From Phoronis australis (lineage: Eukaryota > Animalia > Phoronida), in the NCBI GenBank assembly GCA_002633005.1, contig NMRA01000585.1, forward strand, positions 157,263 to 221,262: a DNA stretch of 64,000 nucleotides, written 5' to 3'. The notes beneath the pieces are model-generated. The model saw only the letters and a program-made list of their open reading frames with translations. It had not been told where the DNA came from and made no database searches. This document shows positions 47,301 to 57,045 of the stretch, in pieces (within the stretch, counting starts at the first letter, position 1; every line of letters starts with the position of its first letter). A program made the position numbers and the translations under genes.

Positions 47301-48606
47301 GTGAGACAGGATTCCTACGTGCCTGGTCTATGGTAATTACATGTACAGCGCTGCACAATTTTGCTCAAGGCTGTACAATGTAGCGCTATATTGTACAGTA
47401 CTGTTCAAGATGCCATCTTAATTGATCCCAGAAGTCCATGTTCTACAGACTCCAGTGATAAGAACACTGAAAAGGCGCTTGGCATTCTGGGTAAACTCTT
47501 CATTTTTTAAAACTACTGTAGAGATAACTAAGTTTCATTATCGTAGGAGTTTCTCTTTGGGACCACACTAAGTTTCTTCCAGTTAATGATTTGGAAATGG
47601 CCCTATTTTGTTTTACCTATAAATATTTTTGTTCTGCTGGACCATCAGAGCAATAATAAATGGTGGCGATTTCTTGCAAGTGACTAGACAGTTGTGAGCA
47701 TACTGCAGGTGTTGGTAAGGTGATGTCGTCCCTTTTCTAGATGCAGCCAGGTATGATGAGCTATGGGCAACCTGCAATGGCTATGCAACAGCCATACATG
47801 GTGAGTGATGGTACAATATGTTGATCATTTTATGATTGGGTTTTGTAGCTTATAGTCATGTTAACGAAAGGAACCTCGAGTGAATATGACTAAGAATACT
47901 ACAATGAAAGAGCTTCAATACCCAAGGTTTTTATGAGGAAGTGACCATAACAATTTAGAATGGCTGTAAGGGTATTAGATAATGGTCTAAATTTATTCAC
48001 CGTTCCAATATTTCCCAGCAGTTTTGATGCTATGCGTTGTAGATTAGTTGTACTTGCACTGTTTTTGCCAATGTTAAGTAATGATTTGCTTTTTGACTGG
48101 CCAAATGCTGTGAGTTATCTGTCACCCATCTCCATTGTACTTGCGTCGTCTGTGTGTTATCTGTCACCCATCTCCATTGTACTTGCATCGTCTGTGAGTT
48201 ATCTGTCACCCATCTCCATTGTACTTGCATCGTCTGTGAGTTATCTGTCACCCATCTCCATTGTACTTGCGTCGTCTGTGTTCTACGTGTCACCCATCTC
48301 GATTTAACTTTCATCATCTGTTTGTTATCTGTCGTCCATCTCCATTGTACTTGCATCCTCTGTGCGTTATGTGTCACCCATCTCTATTGTACTTACATCT
48401 TTTGTCTCCAGCAGGCTGGCATGCACCCTCGTCCAGTGGGAATGCAGCCAGTTGGCATGGCGCCCATGATGATGCAGCCAATGGGAGGAGCATATCCAAT
48501 GGGCATGCCTGTTCAGCCTCAGTTTGGCATGGCTGGACAGCCCATCCAGCAACCCCAACAACAGGCGACCCGGCAGATGCAGCCGAATGACCCATTTGGA
48601 TTGTGA
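17156..48606 (+). CDS. PICALM: Phosphatidylinositol-binding clathrin assembly protein (PICALM/SNAP91/AP180 family, invertebrate lap/unc-11 type); whole spliced gene, 5' partial
   Basis: Spliced exons give ANTH motifs ([83 protein letters not shown]), the conserved tail motifs ([29 protein letters not shown]) and a C-terminal DPFGL*. All listed exons join in one frame (3218 nt within the window). Confidence 0.96.
19265..19367 (+). CDS. PICALM: PICALM exon, ANTH ([35 protein letters not shown])
   Basis: ttcag| ... |gtaagt, 103 nt. Confidence 0.96.
19625..19695. repeat. (TCTG)n-type compound microsatellite
   Basis: Direct reading. Confidence 0.8.
19992..20088 (+). CDS. PICALM: PICALM exon, ANTH ([32 protein letters not shown])
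   Basis: ttag| ... |gtgagt, 97 nt, phase-compatible. Confidence 0.95.
20566..20720. repeat. About 31-bp minisatellite, about 5 copies
   Basis: Unit tgattgtttcaactcattgtacaactggtgc. Confidence 0.9.
21312..21423 (+). CDS. PICALM: PICALM exon, ANTH ([37 protein letters not shown])
   Basis: ttcag| ... |gtaagg, 112 nt. Confidence 0.96.
21464..22875. mobile_element. Non-autonomous Tc1/mariner (pogo/Tigger-like) element
   Basis: TA|ccgtattcgccgtaataa ... ttattacagcgaatgcgg|TA; subterminal taagcgcccccc repeats; starts 40 nt after the exon donor. Confidence 0.85.
23340..23446 (+). CDS. PICALM: PICALM exon, ANTH ([36 protein letters not shown])
   Basis: ttcag| ... |gtaact, 107 nt. Confidence 0.95.
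24091..24195. repeat. 25-bp minisatellite, about 4 copies
   Basis: Unit caaaatgttcttggctcagttcgtt. Confidence 0.9.
24613..24654 (+). CDS. PICALM: PICALM exon ([14 protein letters not shown])
   Basis: ctgcag| ... |gtcagt, 42 nt, conserved motif. Confidence 0.94.
25675..26230 (+). mobile_element. Helentron-associated (HINE/DINE-like) non-autonomous element, degenerate
   Basis: ttt..cccc..gggg head, short GTAT-like microsatellite, then repeats containing ggtgaccttgac...caaggtcac hairpins; family assignment from recalled structure only. Confidence 0.5.
27166..27727. mobile_element. About 560-bp imperfect palindrome (foldback MITE)
   Basis: Arms of about 270 bp are reverse-complementary around a centre near 27448. 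Confidence 0.85.
27962..28047 (+). CDS. PICALM: PICALM exon ([28 protein letters not shown])
   Basis: ggcag| ... |gtaagt, 86 nt, conserved end of ANTH. Confidence 0.94.
29107..29236 (+). CDS. PICALM: PICALM exon ([13 protein letters not shown]...[19 protein letters not shown])
   Basis: ttctag| ... |gtagag, 130 nt; matches the post-ANTH coiled segment of the family. Confidence 0.9.
29594..29647 (+). CDS. PICALM: Putative cassette exon, phase 0-0 ([18 protein letters not shown])
   Basis: aag| acceptor, strong |gtaagt donor, 54 nt, open and purine-rich; no homology support. Confidence 0.6.
30097..30415 (+). CDS. PICALM: PICALM exon (EQRARD...DLFGSP...[11 protein letters not shown]...DPWGQ)
   Basis: ttag| ... 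|gtgagc, 319 nt, DLF/DLL/DPW endocytic motifs. Confidence 0.88.
30985..31062 (+). CDS. PICALM: PICALM exon, phase 1-1 ([26 protein letters not shown])
   Basis: tgcag| ... |gtaagt, 78 nt, FxxxFG motif. Confidence 0.88.
31771..31794 (+). CDS. PICALM: 24-nt microexon, phase 1-1 (VNPPPPPA)
   Basis: Long pyrimidine tract + ttccag|, gcag|gtatta donor, TGCATG motifs upstream. Confidence 0.65.
31796..31845. repeat. (TTA)n microsatellite abutting the microexon donor
   Basis: Direct reading. Confidence 0.9.
32476..32601 (+). CDS. PICALM: Putative exon, phase 1-1 ([21 protein letters not shown]...SPSA); in-frame upstream acceptor possible at 32368
   Basis: ctctctttcag| ... gcag|gtctgc, 126 nt, DLF motif; donor is weak. 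Confidence 0.6.
33289..33324 (+). CDS. PICALM: Putative small exon, phase 1-1 ([12 protein letters not shown])
   Basis: aagcag| NAGNAG acceptor, gag|gtaaga donor, 36 nt. Confidence 0.6.
33762..33865. repeat. 20-bp minisatellite, about 5 copies
   Basis: Unit attattgttcaagcttggcc. Confidence 0.92.
34392..34466 (+). CDS. PICALM: PICALM exon, phase 1-1 ([25 protein letters not shown])
   Basis: tgtag| ... cag|gtgagt, 75 nt, LLDFD clathrin box. Confidence 0.8.
35052..35297 (+). repeat. 123-bp tandem duplication spanning a splice acceptor
   Basis: Two near-identical copies; acceptor AGs end at 35147 and 35270. Confidence 0.93.
35271..35333 (+). CDS. PICALM: PICALM exon, phase 1-1 ([21 protein letters not shown]), GC donor
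   Basis: tttttttcag| ... cag|gcgagt, 63 nt, LLDVD clathrin-box-like motif. Confidence 0.72.
36220..36340 (-). mobile_element. tRNA-derived SINE head or tRNA pseudogene
   Basis: Minus strand has an A box (TGGCCTAGAGTG) and a B box (GGTTCGAGTCCC) at tRNA spacing; stems are imperfect. Confidence 0.65.
37098..37295 (+). CDS. PICALM: Putative exon, phase 1-1 ([16 protein letters not shown]...AESSSQ)
   Basis: acacag| ... aag|gtaact, 198 nt open, S/P/A-rich, higher GC than flanks. Confidence 0.72.
38787..38870 (+). CDS. PICALM: PICALM exon, phase 1-1 ([15 protein letters not shown]...RATSP)
   Basis: catcag| ... cag|gtgcgt, 84 nt, DLL motif. Confidence 0.8.
39444..39542 (+). CDS. PICALM: PICALM exon, phase 1-1 ([18 protein letters not shown]...PGHA)
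   Basis: ctttag| ... cag|gtatgc, 99 nt. Confidence 0.8.
40877..41035 (+). pseudogene. Degenerate THAP-domain (transposase) remnant
   Basis: [14 protein letters not shown]...KYQWM...FHTF, frameshifted; similar to the remnant at 9919(-). Confidence 0.55.
43081..43125 (+). CDS. PICALM: Exon, phase 1-1 ([15 protein letters not shown])
   Basis: cttttctcag| ... cag|gttgga, 45 nt. Confidence 0.7.
43300..43368 (+). CDS. PICALM: Exon, phase 1-1 ([23 protein letters not shown])
   Basis: ttttgcaag| ... |gtaagt, 69 nt. Confidence 0.68.
43537..43683 (+). CDS. PICALM: Exon, phase 1-1 ([16 protein letters not shown]...GVVPT)
   Basis: caccag| ... |gtgagt, 147 nt, M/P/G-rich. Confidence 0.8.
43905..43976 (+). 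CDS. PICALM: Putative exon, phase 1-1 ([24 protein letters not shown])
   Basis: ttaccag| ... aag|gtattc, 72 nt open. Confidence 0.55.
44462..44518 (+). CDS. PICALM: Exon, phase 1-1 ([19 protein letters not shown])
   Basis: ccatcag| ... |gtgagt, 57 nt, IIDL motif. Confidence 0.72.
44712..44855 (+). CDS. PICALM: Exon, phase 1-1 ([16 protein letters not shown]...DDCSEL)
   Basis: cctcag| ... tag|gtcagt, 144 nt open. Confidence 0.72.
   Translation, partial: LRDVPCKNLLLHRPPCLSLRLTLPLLKTLLPLLRTLLIFRLLTIAVN
45889..45948 (+). CDS. PICALM: Exon, phase 1-1 ([20 protein letters not shown])
   Basis: attctag| ... |gtaagc, 60 nt, SP motifs. Confidence 0.78.
46142..46186 (+). CDS. PICALM: Exon, phase 1-1 ([14 protein letters not shown]); in-frame alternative donor at 46177
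   Basis: ttttgcaag| ... cag|gtgact, 45 nt. Confidence 0.75.
46538..46688 (+). CDS. PICALM: PICALM exon ([11 protein letters not shown]...[21 protein letters not shown])
   Basis: ttttag| ... |gtgagt, 151 nt; homologous to the DLDSSLANLVGNLGI motif of vertebrate CALM. Confidence 0.93.
47176..47296 (+). CDS. PICALM: PICALM exon ([21 protein letters not shown]...APMM)
   Basis: ctcag| ... |gtgagt, 121 nt; conserved W..PGEKKLTGG-like motif. Confidence 0.93.
47741..47800 (+). CDS. PICALM: PICALM exon ([20 protein letters not shown])
   Basis: ttttctag| ... |gtgagt, 60 nt, phase 0-0. Confidence 0.88.
48108..48411. repeat. 42-bp minisatellite, about 7 copies, forming the 3' end of the last intron
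   Basis: Unit tgtgagttatctgtcacccatctccattgtacttgcatcgtc. Confidence 0.93.
48412..48606 (+). CDS. PICALM: PICALM last coding exon (QAGMHPRP...PNDPFGL*)
   Basis: ctccag|cag NAGNAG acceptor; ends DPFGL-TGA as in invertebrate AP180 proteins. Confidence 0.93.
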   Translation, partial: QAGMHPRPVGMQPVGMAPMMMQPMGGAYPMGMPVQPQFGMAGQPIQQPQQQATRQMQPNDPFGL

Positions 48607-49904
48607 TAGTATGTTCGCTCTTTGTAAAGTAAGTGCTCGTCTTTGTGTGTGCGTGTGACTGCCATCAATCGATTGCATTTTCATCCATCATCTTGTCATT
48701 TTGAGGAGAAAGATCATTGTTTTGCTGTTGATGATGCTAAAAGCACAATCGTTCTCGAAGCCAATGGCATATACATGTTGTGACAACCAAGGGCTGTCAT
48801 CTGCTTCACAGTGGTGTGGAGTAATAGTTGCACTATATATATGTATATATCATTGTTATGATAGCGCATAAGGTTGTCGAAGTTCGATTGTACATTAATA
48901 TTCTTACAACTATCTTAAGAACTGGATAAAATATCTACTGAAGCTCTCAAGTAACCAAAATGTGCAAAGCTCGATGTATGACAGGGACACGATCTGTCAT
49001 AGAGATGTCCTATAACACTTGTTGCAAATACTGCAATGAGCAATAAGCTTGTGAGCTGAAACACCGTAAGGTGCACGTATGTCATTTAGCCTGAACAAGC
49101 AGTGGTTACGATTGTGTGTTTAGCTGAACACCACAGTTTCAGAATATTTCTAATTCATTCAGTTTTATTCACTTGGACGTGTGGTGAGAACGCTGGGGTC
49201 ATTTTCATGTGTGGTTTTTCATAGTTTGTTAACCAAGCATATTATTTAGACCTGTGTTTTGTTTAACCAGGGGTGTTATTTAGAGCAATCAATTGGTGAT
49301 ATTGGGTTCCCGTTACTGTTATTATTTTGTATTTATATGACTTGTGTAATCTTAGGTCCGATAAGTGAGTAATGTAGAGATGTCTATATCTTACTGATTT
49401 TATGCTAAATCATAACACCACTTAATGTATGTGTGGTGTTGAAATTAACAGTAAAAATGGCATTGTTCAGTTTTTGAAAAAGTTCAATAAGGTTTCCTCA
49501 ACTATTCTAGTGTTAGTGTATTTATCAACTTGCCAGTTGAGAATGTGTTGCATTTTGGCTACTGCAAATTAGTGCTTCTAATCTTTTTTATGTTCTGGTT
49601 AAATTAATGGCACACTAAGGTTGTTTAATTAGTCTCTACATTAGCAACATATTAGTTCTCAAATAAATATAATATATAAGAATTGAAAATAAGGAAGTTG
49701 ACACATCAAAAATGAATCTCACTTCAACCTAAAATACTTTAATGCCCTTAAATTAGTTATAAACTCACCTTTCATCACAAAAAAACAAATTTTAATTTAG
49801 ACCACTTAAAATCCTGAAAGTGGTCTTGGATTGTTCCTGTCAAATTGGAGATGATTTCAGAGCTTCTGAAGACCTGTCAATCTTTACAGACTGACTTGTC
49901 ACGG

Positions 49905-50755
49905 ATGTATATGGATGTATCCAAACGTGCTAGGATTTAATGGTAGCCATGGGTACAGGCAAATGAATATGGATGTACCCAAACATGCTAAGATGTGTTG
50001 GTAGCCTTTGGTACTGCCAAATTAACATGGATGTATCCAAACATGCTCGGATTTAATGGTAGTCATGGGTACAGCCAAATGAATGTGGTTATACCAAAAT
50101 GTGCTTAGAGGTGTTAGTAGCCTTGGGTACAGCCAAATGAATATGGAAGTACCCAAACATACCAAGTGTGACGGGACGTTCGTAACTTTACGCTTATTGT
50201 TATTCTTATTTAGTTGCAAATGTTCAGTTATTCTTATGCTAATGTCTTTGTTGCGCCTTTGTTACGTGGGCATGTGGGCGCGACTGTATGTGTCGGGCAC
50301 TTCGCTAGCGACAGGCTTAGGAGAAGGGTGTTTCCTTCTTTTGCTTTCATGGAAAGTTGATCGTTATCATGTGCAAATTGAACTGAAACGAATGCCTGAT
50401 GAGAGAAAATACATANGTTGGTAGCCTTTGGTACTGCCAAATTAACATGGATGTATCCAAACATGCTAGGATTTAATGGTAGTCATGGGTACAGCCAAAT
50501 GAATGTGGTTATACCAAAATGTGCTTAGAGGTGTTAGCCTTGGGTACAGCCAAATGAATATGGAAGTACCCAAACATACCAAGATTTAGTGGTAGCCTTG
50601 GGTACAGCCAAATGAATATGGGTGAACCTAAACGTGCTAAGATATGTTGGTAGCTTTGAGTACAGTCTAAGGAATGTGCGTGTACCCAAACATACTAATA
50701 TTTGTCTATAGCTTTGGGTACAGTCAAATGAAAGTGATTTCACCCAGACATGCAT
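49905..50755. repeat. About 58-60-bp satellite, interrupted at 50167-50416
   Basis: Unit about ggtagccttgggtacagccaaatgaatatggatgtacccaaacatgctaagattt; N at 50416. Confidence 0.88.
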
Positions 50756-53675
50756 GATTTGAGATTTCTTAGTGGTTGGGTTCAATCAAATCAGGGCATA
50801 CCCTAGGCTGAATCTCTTGAATTCTCTGGGGTACATGAAATGGAACTTTGTTTTTTCAATCTTTTAATGATGAAAAAGTCTATTCTGACTAATAACTTGT
50901 TTTTAATAAAATACGTAGTCACTTTATCTTATAAAGATATTTCAGCTTTAAGAGGACATTAAACCCTATTTCTTTGGTCTACTCCAGAACAGGCTCTGTC
51001 ACATGCTATTGCATGTAATTAGTGTATTTCTGAGGTAAAAGCGTTACTCTCCTATACCCTTGCTCACAAAGTGAGCCCAGTACTATGAGCGGCAGCATTC
51101 TTTTCCCAAAGCCATCCAAGATTGGCCTCAAGCATTAGTCACACTTGTCCATTAAAGCGACTATAAACCTGCCTTCCACCACAAAAAACGCATTTGATTT
51201 AGACAACGTAGTGTTACGAAATTGTTCTCAAAATGGTCCTTTGTCAAACCGGTGATGATTTCTTTTTTTTGTTAGAATTGCCTCAGACAAAGCTCTTCAA
51301 CTTGGGTTGTCATGGCTTTTCATTTTATGCCCTCCCTTGGTTACTTACAGGATTCTTGCTTTATTATTCCAGGTTCACACGTTCACAGCTATGTGTGATG
51401 TAGCATGCTGTTTATCATATATGTCACCGGTGTCGGACACCAGCCTACTGAACATGCTGTACACCTTGTGGCCACGAGGGGGCAGTAGGGATGTCCTTGT
51501 ACTCTCAAAGGTCATGGTGTAAAGCAAACTGAACAAAGCTGTGATTTCTGGTCACACTAAAGAGAAAGCTGTACATAAGTGTATGAATATACATTGTAAA
51601 ACGCTTGATGTCTGTTTACAGTATTGTGTATATAGTGACTAATATTCAATGTGTCCTGTGAAGTACCATGTATTAGTTTAGTATTGTTGTCATGTCATTT
51701 GTGGCGGTACATCAACTTTGATAATGAAAGTTATTATAATTGTTGTTATTAGTACGAGTTCACATGTGTGCTGTAAATGAGAATGCTTGATGTGCCGAAC
51801 TCAGGTATCCCAAAGTTTGATTGTGTCTTGTCACATGAAGACATAAAGCTGATCAGTGCTCCATTCGTTTTGTGGCTTCAAGAGTTCTGGGTTCTGGGTT
51901 AACCCACTGGAGAGTACCCCTGAAAGGTGTGACTGGCCGAGTGGAAGACCCCACGCAGAGTATATTTATCGACAATTAACTGCTCCCAACTACAGTATAT
52001 TTGTAATTGTTTAGATCCATACTAGGGTCGAAATGTTAAAAAATTCAGTAGGTCATAATTTGCTGGTAATGACCTGTTGAGGAATTTTGTCTCTGGATAA
52101 AACCTAGAATGGGTAGATACTTCAAGTCTTCTGTGGCATCGCTTTGTCAGCAATACCATACTCGAAATTTGTTATTTATTGTCGACTGTCGTTAAGGGTG
52201 AAATTTGTATGTAATGTGAGGAATCTGTCAATCTGCTGACAACTTGCTGCAGCCTAGGCATTTTGTACAGTGCATGAAATGTGCAATTTGTGAACCAGTA
52301 GAACTATTGTTGGCCACTATTGCCTGCATAGTCGAGCCAAGATAGCTGTGTTGTGTCATTACTGTTAAGTCTCCTGGAGCATCCAGTGTTTATTGTGACT
52401 GGTGTTTCCGCCACCCTCATCATGCGTGTCAGTCTCTGTGGATCATTGGTAGTTAGTAGTTTAGTCAGTATACAATGCTTGTTTAGCGTCTACAGTTATG
52501 TCACATTCCAGGCTGCTTGCTCTGCTGAGTGGCTAGAATACTTAGTTACATGTTTGTGTGATGTGATTAGGCCGGATCAGAGGTATAGACGACCAGGGTA
52601 AACATTCTCTTCATTGCTTTCACGTTTCTGTCCTGTTTCTGTCGACCGCTGATTTCAGACTCATGACTTGCACCATTTAAGCCTCAGTCACACTGGCACT
52701 AATGCAAGGCTGATACGGGTTTAGTCCTGCCCTGGAAAACTGGGAAACTAGACCTCTGGAGTTTACTTAATAGTTTTGCAAGGTAATCCAGTACTATTAA
52801 AAGTTTCTTTTTGCTAGTTTTGGTAGCAGTGTGACTCCAGCTTACATACTTGCCTGGTCCCGTGTTTCTGCCCCAGAGGTCCTTCTGGGGGGAGTGCATG
52901 ATCTCTTTAACGGGCACGCTCTTGAATCTCTTCATGTTCTTTGATATCGGCAGTGTTTGCATTCTATAATTGTGCATTTTCATCTGATATTTACACAATG
53001 CACTCTGAGTTGATTTCCGAATTGGCCATAATGTTTTCCTCAGGTTTTTGTTTACATGAAAAACAAGACAATAGCATCATAGTTTGTTGGAAGTAATTCA
53101 CGGATTAAGAGTCGTGAGGATGAGTTTAGGTAAAAAATAAAGTTCACAATTCAGTAATGTCTTTGTAAAAGATCAAATGACTCAAGTTATGACAGTGTCC
53201 TCAGAATCTTGGCAGGATATTGTTCCTATTTGTACTGTTGTCTCCTCAATTTGGGAAGTAAAACTTGTCAGCAAATGGTGAAGTGACCATATCGCCGTCC
53301 CAAAAAATTAACAACTGAGAATTTAAGAGTCAATGGTCAAGGCGTTTCCTATGTCACAAAGATGTTGTTTAGAGATTGGCTTCAGGTACATGGTTTAGTG
53401 ATCTGGCCACCTTAACTCGATTGTGTTCAGGTTTAGGATGTAAAGTTGCATGACTGGTTTCAGCTGTTGATGGTACAGTGTACATCGCTGATTGAAAATG
53501 GCTGGTCGTCTGAACACTGTTGTCTGTTGAAGCCACTACTTAGTGTGTTGCAAAGTTTGTACTAAATGTGTCATTGTTTTTCGTGTATTGATTGTAAAGA
53601 CTATAGTGTACAGTTGAACTATTTACTTGGATGTATAAGAAAGAGTAATTTTGTGATAGTGCTACAGAGGATTAT

Positions 53676-53681
53676 AATAAA
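53676..53681 (+). terminator. Candidate distal polyadenylation signal (proximal candidate AATAAA at about 49662)
   Basis: AATAAA followed about 20 nt later by a U-rich tract; UG-rich UTR-like composition ends near here. Confidence 0.4.
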
Positions 53682-55959
53682 CAAAACTACACCGAATTCA
53701 TTTATTTTCTTTTACTGTCTGGGCAAAGCTACACAAAGATCTTAAATAAGTTTTTAAGATAAGCTTTTGTCAGTGTTTATTAAGGATGATTTGAAAAGGA
53801 AGGGCATCAAATACTCTTGTTGTGTTGTTGTATTTTTGGTGGAAGCTTATCTGGGATGGTACAAATTTCGAAAATAATTCACCAATCATAAAGACAGATT
53901 ATAACGACCGTCAATCCCGTTTTGATCAATTATGCTGAGTTGGGCATAATTGGTCCAATATGTCCATTTTTACCCATTCCGTCCATTTTTGCTTCTTGGG
54001 TCTATTTTGCTTTTTAATTCATGTTCACTTGTTAAGTCGGTTTTAATCTAGTTATTAAGCGTAGTCCATATATAACTGGTGGATTAAGACATCCATTAAT
54101 TCGGTTTTTACATATCCTGAAGATTTTGCGTGTTAGGTCCGTTATAGCCCTTTAAATAGATTTCCACTCTAGTTTTGAACTTTTAGTTTTTAAGATAAAA
54201 TAATTTATATTTCACAAAAGGGAATTGGAACTGCGTCCAATTGGATGAATTATCAAATGGACATACCAGTCGAGGGGTTAAGGACCTCCCCCCGAGCCCT
54301 TAATCCCGTTTTGACCAATTATGCTGAAATAAACGATAGATATGGAGTCTACCCATTATGTCCAATTGGACCCATTTTGTTCATATCCAACAAAAAATCT
54401 ATAGCTTTGAAATGACCATACGGTGACGAGTACTGTACATACCGGTTGATTACCGTGTTGTTAGTGTGAAAAGTTTTAATCATTTTGTCATTACTTAACA
54501 TTCATCTATCATTGCTCATAGGGATTTCTGGTGAATATGTTTTGATTGTCTGCTTGATTCAGATATTCGAGGTTTCAACCATTTTAAAAGAGAATTGCAA
54601 CCCCAGATGGATACTTATACGCTGGTTCAGGCGGAACTATTGAATGGTCAATAATGAATTGACATAAGAGGCATGACACCTGCGCTTTTGATGTGATGAT
54701 GAATTACATTTGCGAATAAGATTAATTTCATGGAGCCATCGGTCAGAATACTGCATTTCCGCTACGAAAGGCTTTGAGCTAGAATACTAGGCGACAAAAT
54801 ACGCTTAACTTTTGACGTGTCCTGGGAGTTCTCTCCCAAAATAACGGATAGCAGTGCGGCCACTTTTTGTTTACCCCAAAGGCGATATCATGATCCTCAG
54901 TTCCATCAAGTATTGGTATAACAAAGCCGCGACGTGCCCTACCGAGACCGGCGACAACTGATTCGGCGAAATAGCCGCCCCAGATGATACTGAGGACAAA
55001 ATAGCCACGCGGGACGATACCCAGTCATAATGAGTGGGTGAAATTTACTAGACCTTTCGATGGGAAACCCCCATCTGAGATAAAAGTATTTCGCGGCATG
55101 GCAGTGAATTGAGCGGTACTTGGCCTGCACTATATAAAACAGATGGTATTTTCGACTGCAACTAACTGTGAAGGAGGACCGAAAGTCCGTGACTGTTGGA
55201 AGCACTATTTAGTCGACTTTCTGTTTCTCCGTTAATTAAGGCAAGGAGGATGTTGCGTTTTACATTGTTGAGTACGCGAAATTTTCATGAGAGACTTTTC
55301 ACGTTTAATAAGTTGCACGTTATACTTTGAACTGACGTAAGGAACTGTTTTGAAATTTACAATACACACGTCTGAAGCAAAGAGTCTTACATCAATCAAC
55401 ATTACAGATATTCAAACACTATACGCATTTAATCAGTGTTGTCCAACGGTAAAACCAATGCCGCCTGTACGACAAAAATAACATTACAATTTATGCTACT
55501 TTTTACTGTTCTCGTTGCTCAAACAGTTGTGAAAGTGACTGTCCAAAATGACATTTTAACATGCTTGTTTTTGAAAAAATTCACGAAATTTTTTTAAAAC
55601 AGGTCATGAATTAAGGACATTTGGACAGTTAGCCTTGCTTTGGATTCGAAGTCGGCGGCCCTTCCGCAATATCCCTCAGGGATATTAAAACTTAGGAGGC
55701 ACATTATTAGTAACTTGCAGTTACTTCCTGCTATTCTGGCTAAAATAAGATATTCTTCCATTTTAAGCAGTACGAACACCACAGCAACACGTTTCAACTG
55801 CACAAATTTCAATAAACCACAAATCCTAACGAATGGTGTAAATCCCCACGCCACAAATAATCGTGACTTGCACAAACTGCCACACATTTATTGTGCGCCC
55901 ACACATGTGGCTGAATGTCATCTCTGTCCGGGCGTCCACGGCTGTATCTCCTAAACCCC

Positions 55960-57045
55960 TTGCAGCATCTTATTGAAATTTGGCAGGACCTGGTGTGTTC
56001 AGACGACGACGAGTTTTGGACCGACCCGAATACCACTGTGGCCCCTAGTGGCAATTTTAGTTTTTTAGTTTGCCTATGTATCTTCCAAGTTACTTGATGG
56101 ATTTTCATGAAATTGGGCAAAGCTGAAGGTTTTTAATACGGAGGCAATGACGCTATTCCATTTTCGGACGGATTCAACGAATTTTACGCCCCCTTGTGTA
56201 ATGTTACTTTTGCATCCATTTCAAGTTCTGGCGTCCGCCTTTCTATCTGCCGTCCGCGTTCAAAAGTTCATTAGAAAAATTTACAGGTGTGTTGCTGATG
56301 AGAAAGTCACGACTGACGTTGACTTTCGGACGGTTCCGACTACTGTGTCACTCCCTAGTAACGATTTTTGCGTCTGCGGCCGAATCTCCTTCGAAGGAGC
56401 TTTGTGAAATTTGAAACTGGATCTATGATTCCTATGGAGCCATCTACAAAACAGAAACAAGAGTCGAACTGATCCAAATACCACTGTGCTCCCTAGTGGC
56501 AAAATGTTTTTGTTTACGCTTGCTGCTGTATCTTCAAATTTCAGTACCGTATTTTCATGTATTTTCATGAAATTCAGCAAGTAGGTTTCTATTAAGGAGA
56601 CGACAACGCCCTCCAATTTTCAGACTTGATGTTTTCTGCGCCACCTGGTGACCGTTTTTGATATGTTTTCGTCCGTCTTCTGGCGTCCACCTCCCTATCT
56701 GCCATACTGCTTAAAGGATCATTATGGGAATTCATACATATGTGTTCCTGATGAGAAGGCCACGACTGAAGTTGACTTTCTAACGGGTCCGACTACTGTG
56801 TCGCTCCTAATGGTGAATTTTTGCGTCTTAGGCCGAATCTCCTTAACGCTTTGTGAAATTTGAAAGCTGTGTTCCTATGGAGCCGACGACAAATCGGTAA
56901 CAAGTGTCGAACTAGCCCAAATAGTATTGTGCCCCCTAGAAGCAAAATGTTTTTTACGTTCACCCCAGTATCTTAGGAGTTCATGAATGTATTTCATAAA
57001 ATTCGGCAAATAGTTTTTTATTAAGGAGACGACAACGCCTCAACG
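55960..57045 (+). repeat. About 450-bp tandem/dispersed repeat family (ccctagtggc motif)
   Basis: Units recur at about 56290 and 56743; same family at 60128-60451 and 63500-64000. Confidence 0.8.

Noticed and set aside
47960-48377. Repetitive 115-aa ORFs on both strands
   Set aside because: Artefacts of a stop-free 42-bp minisatellite inside an intron
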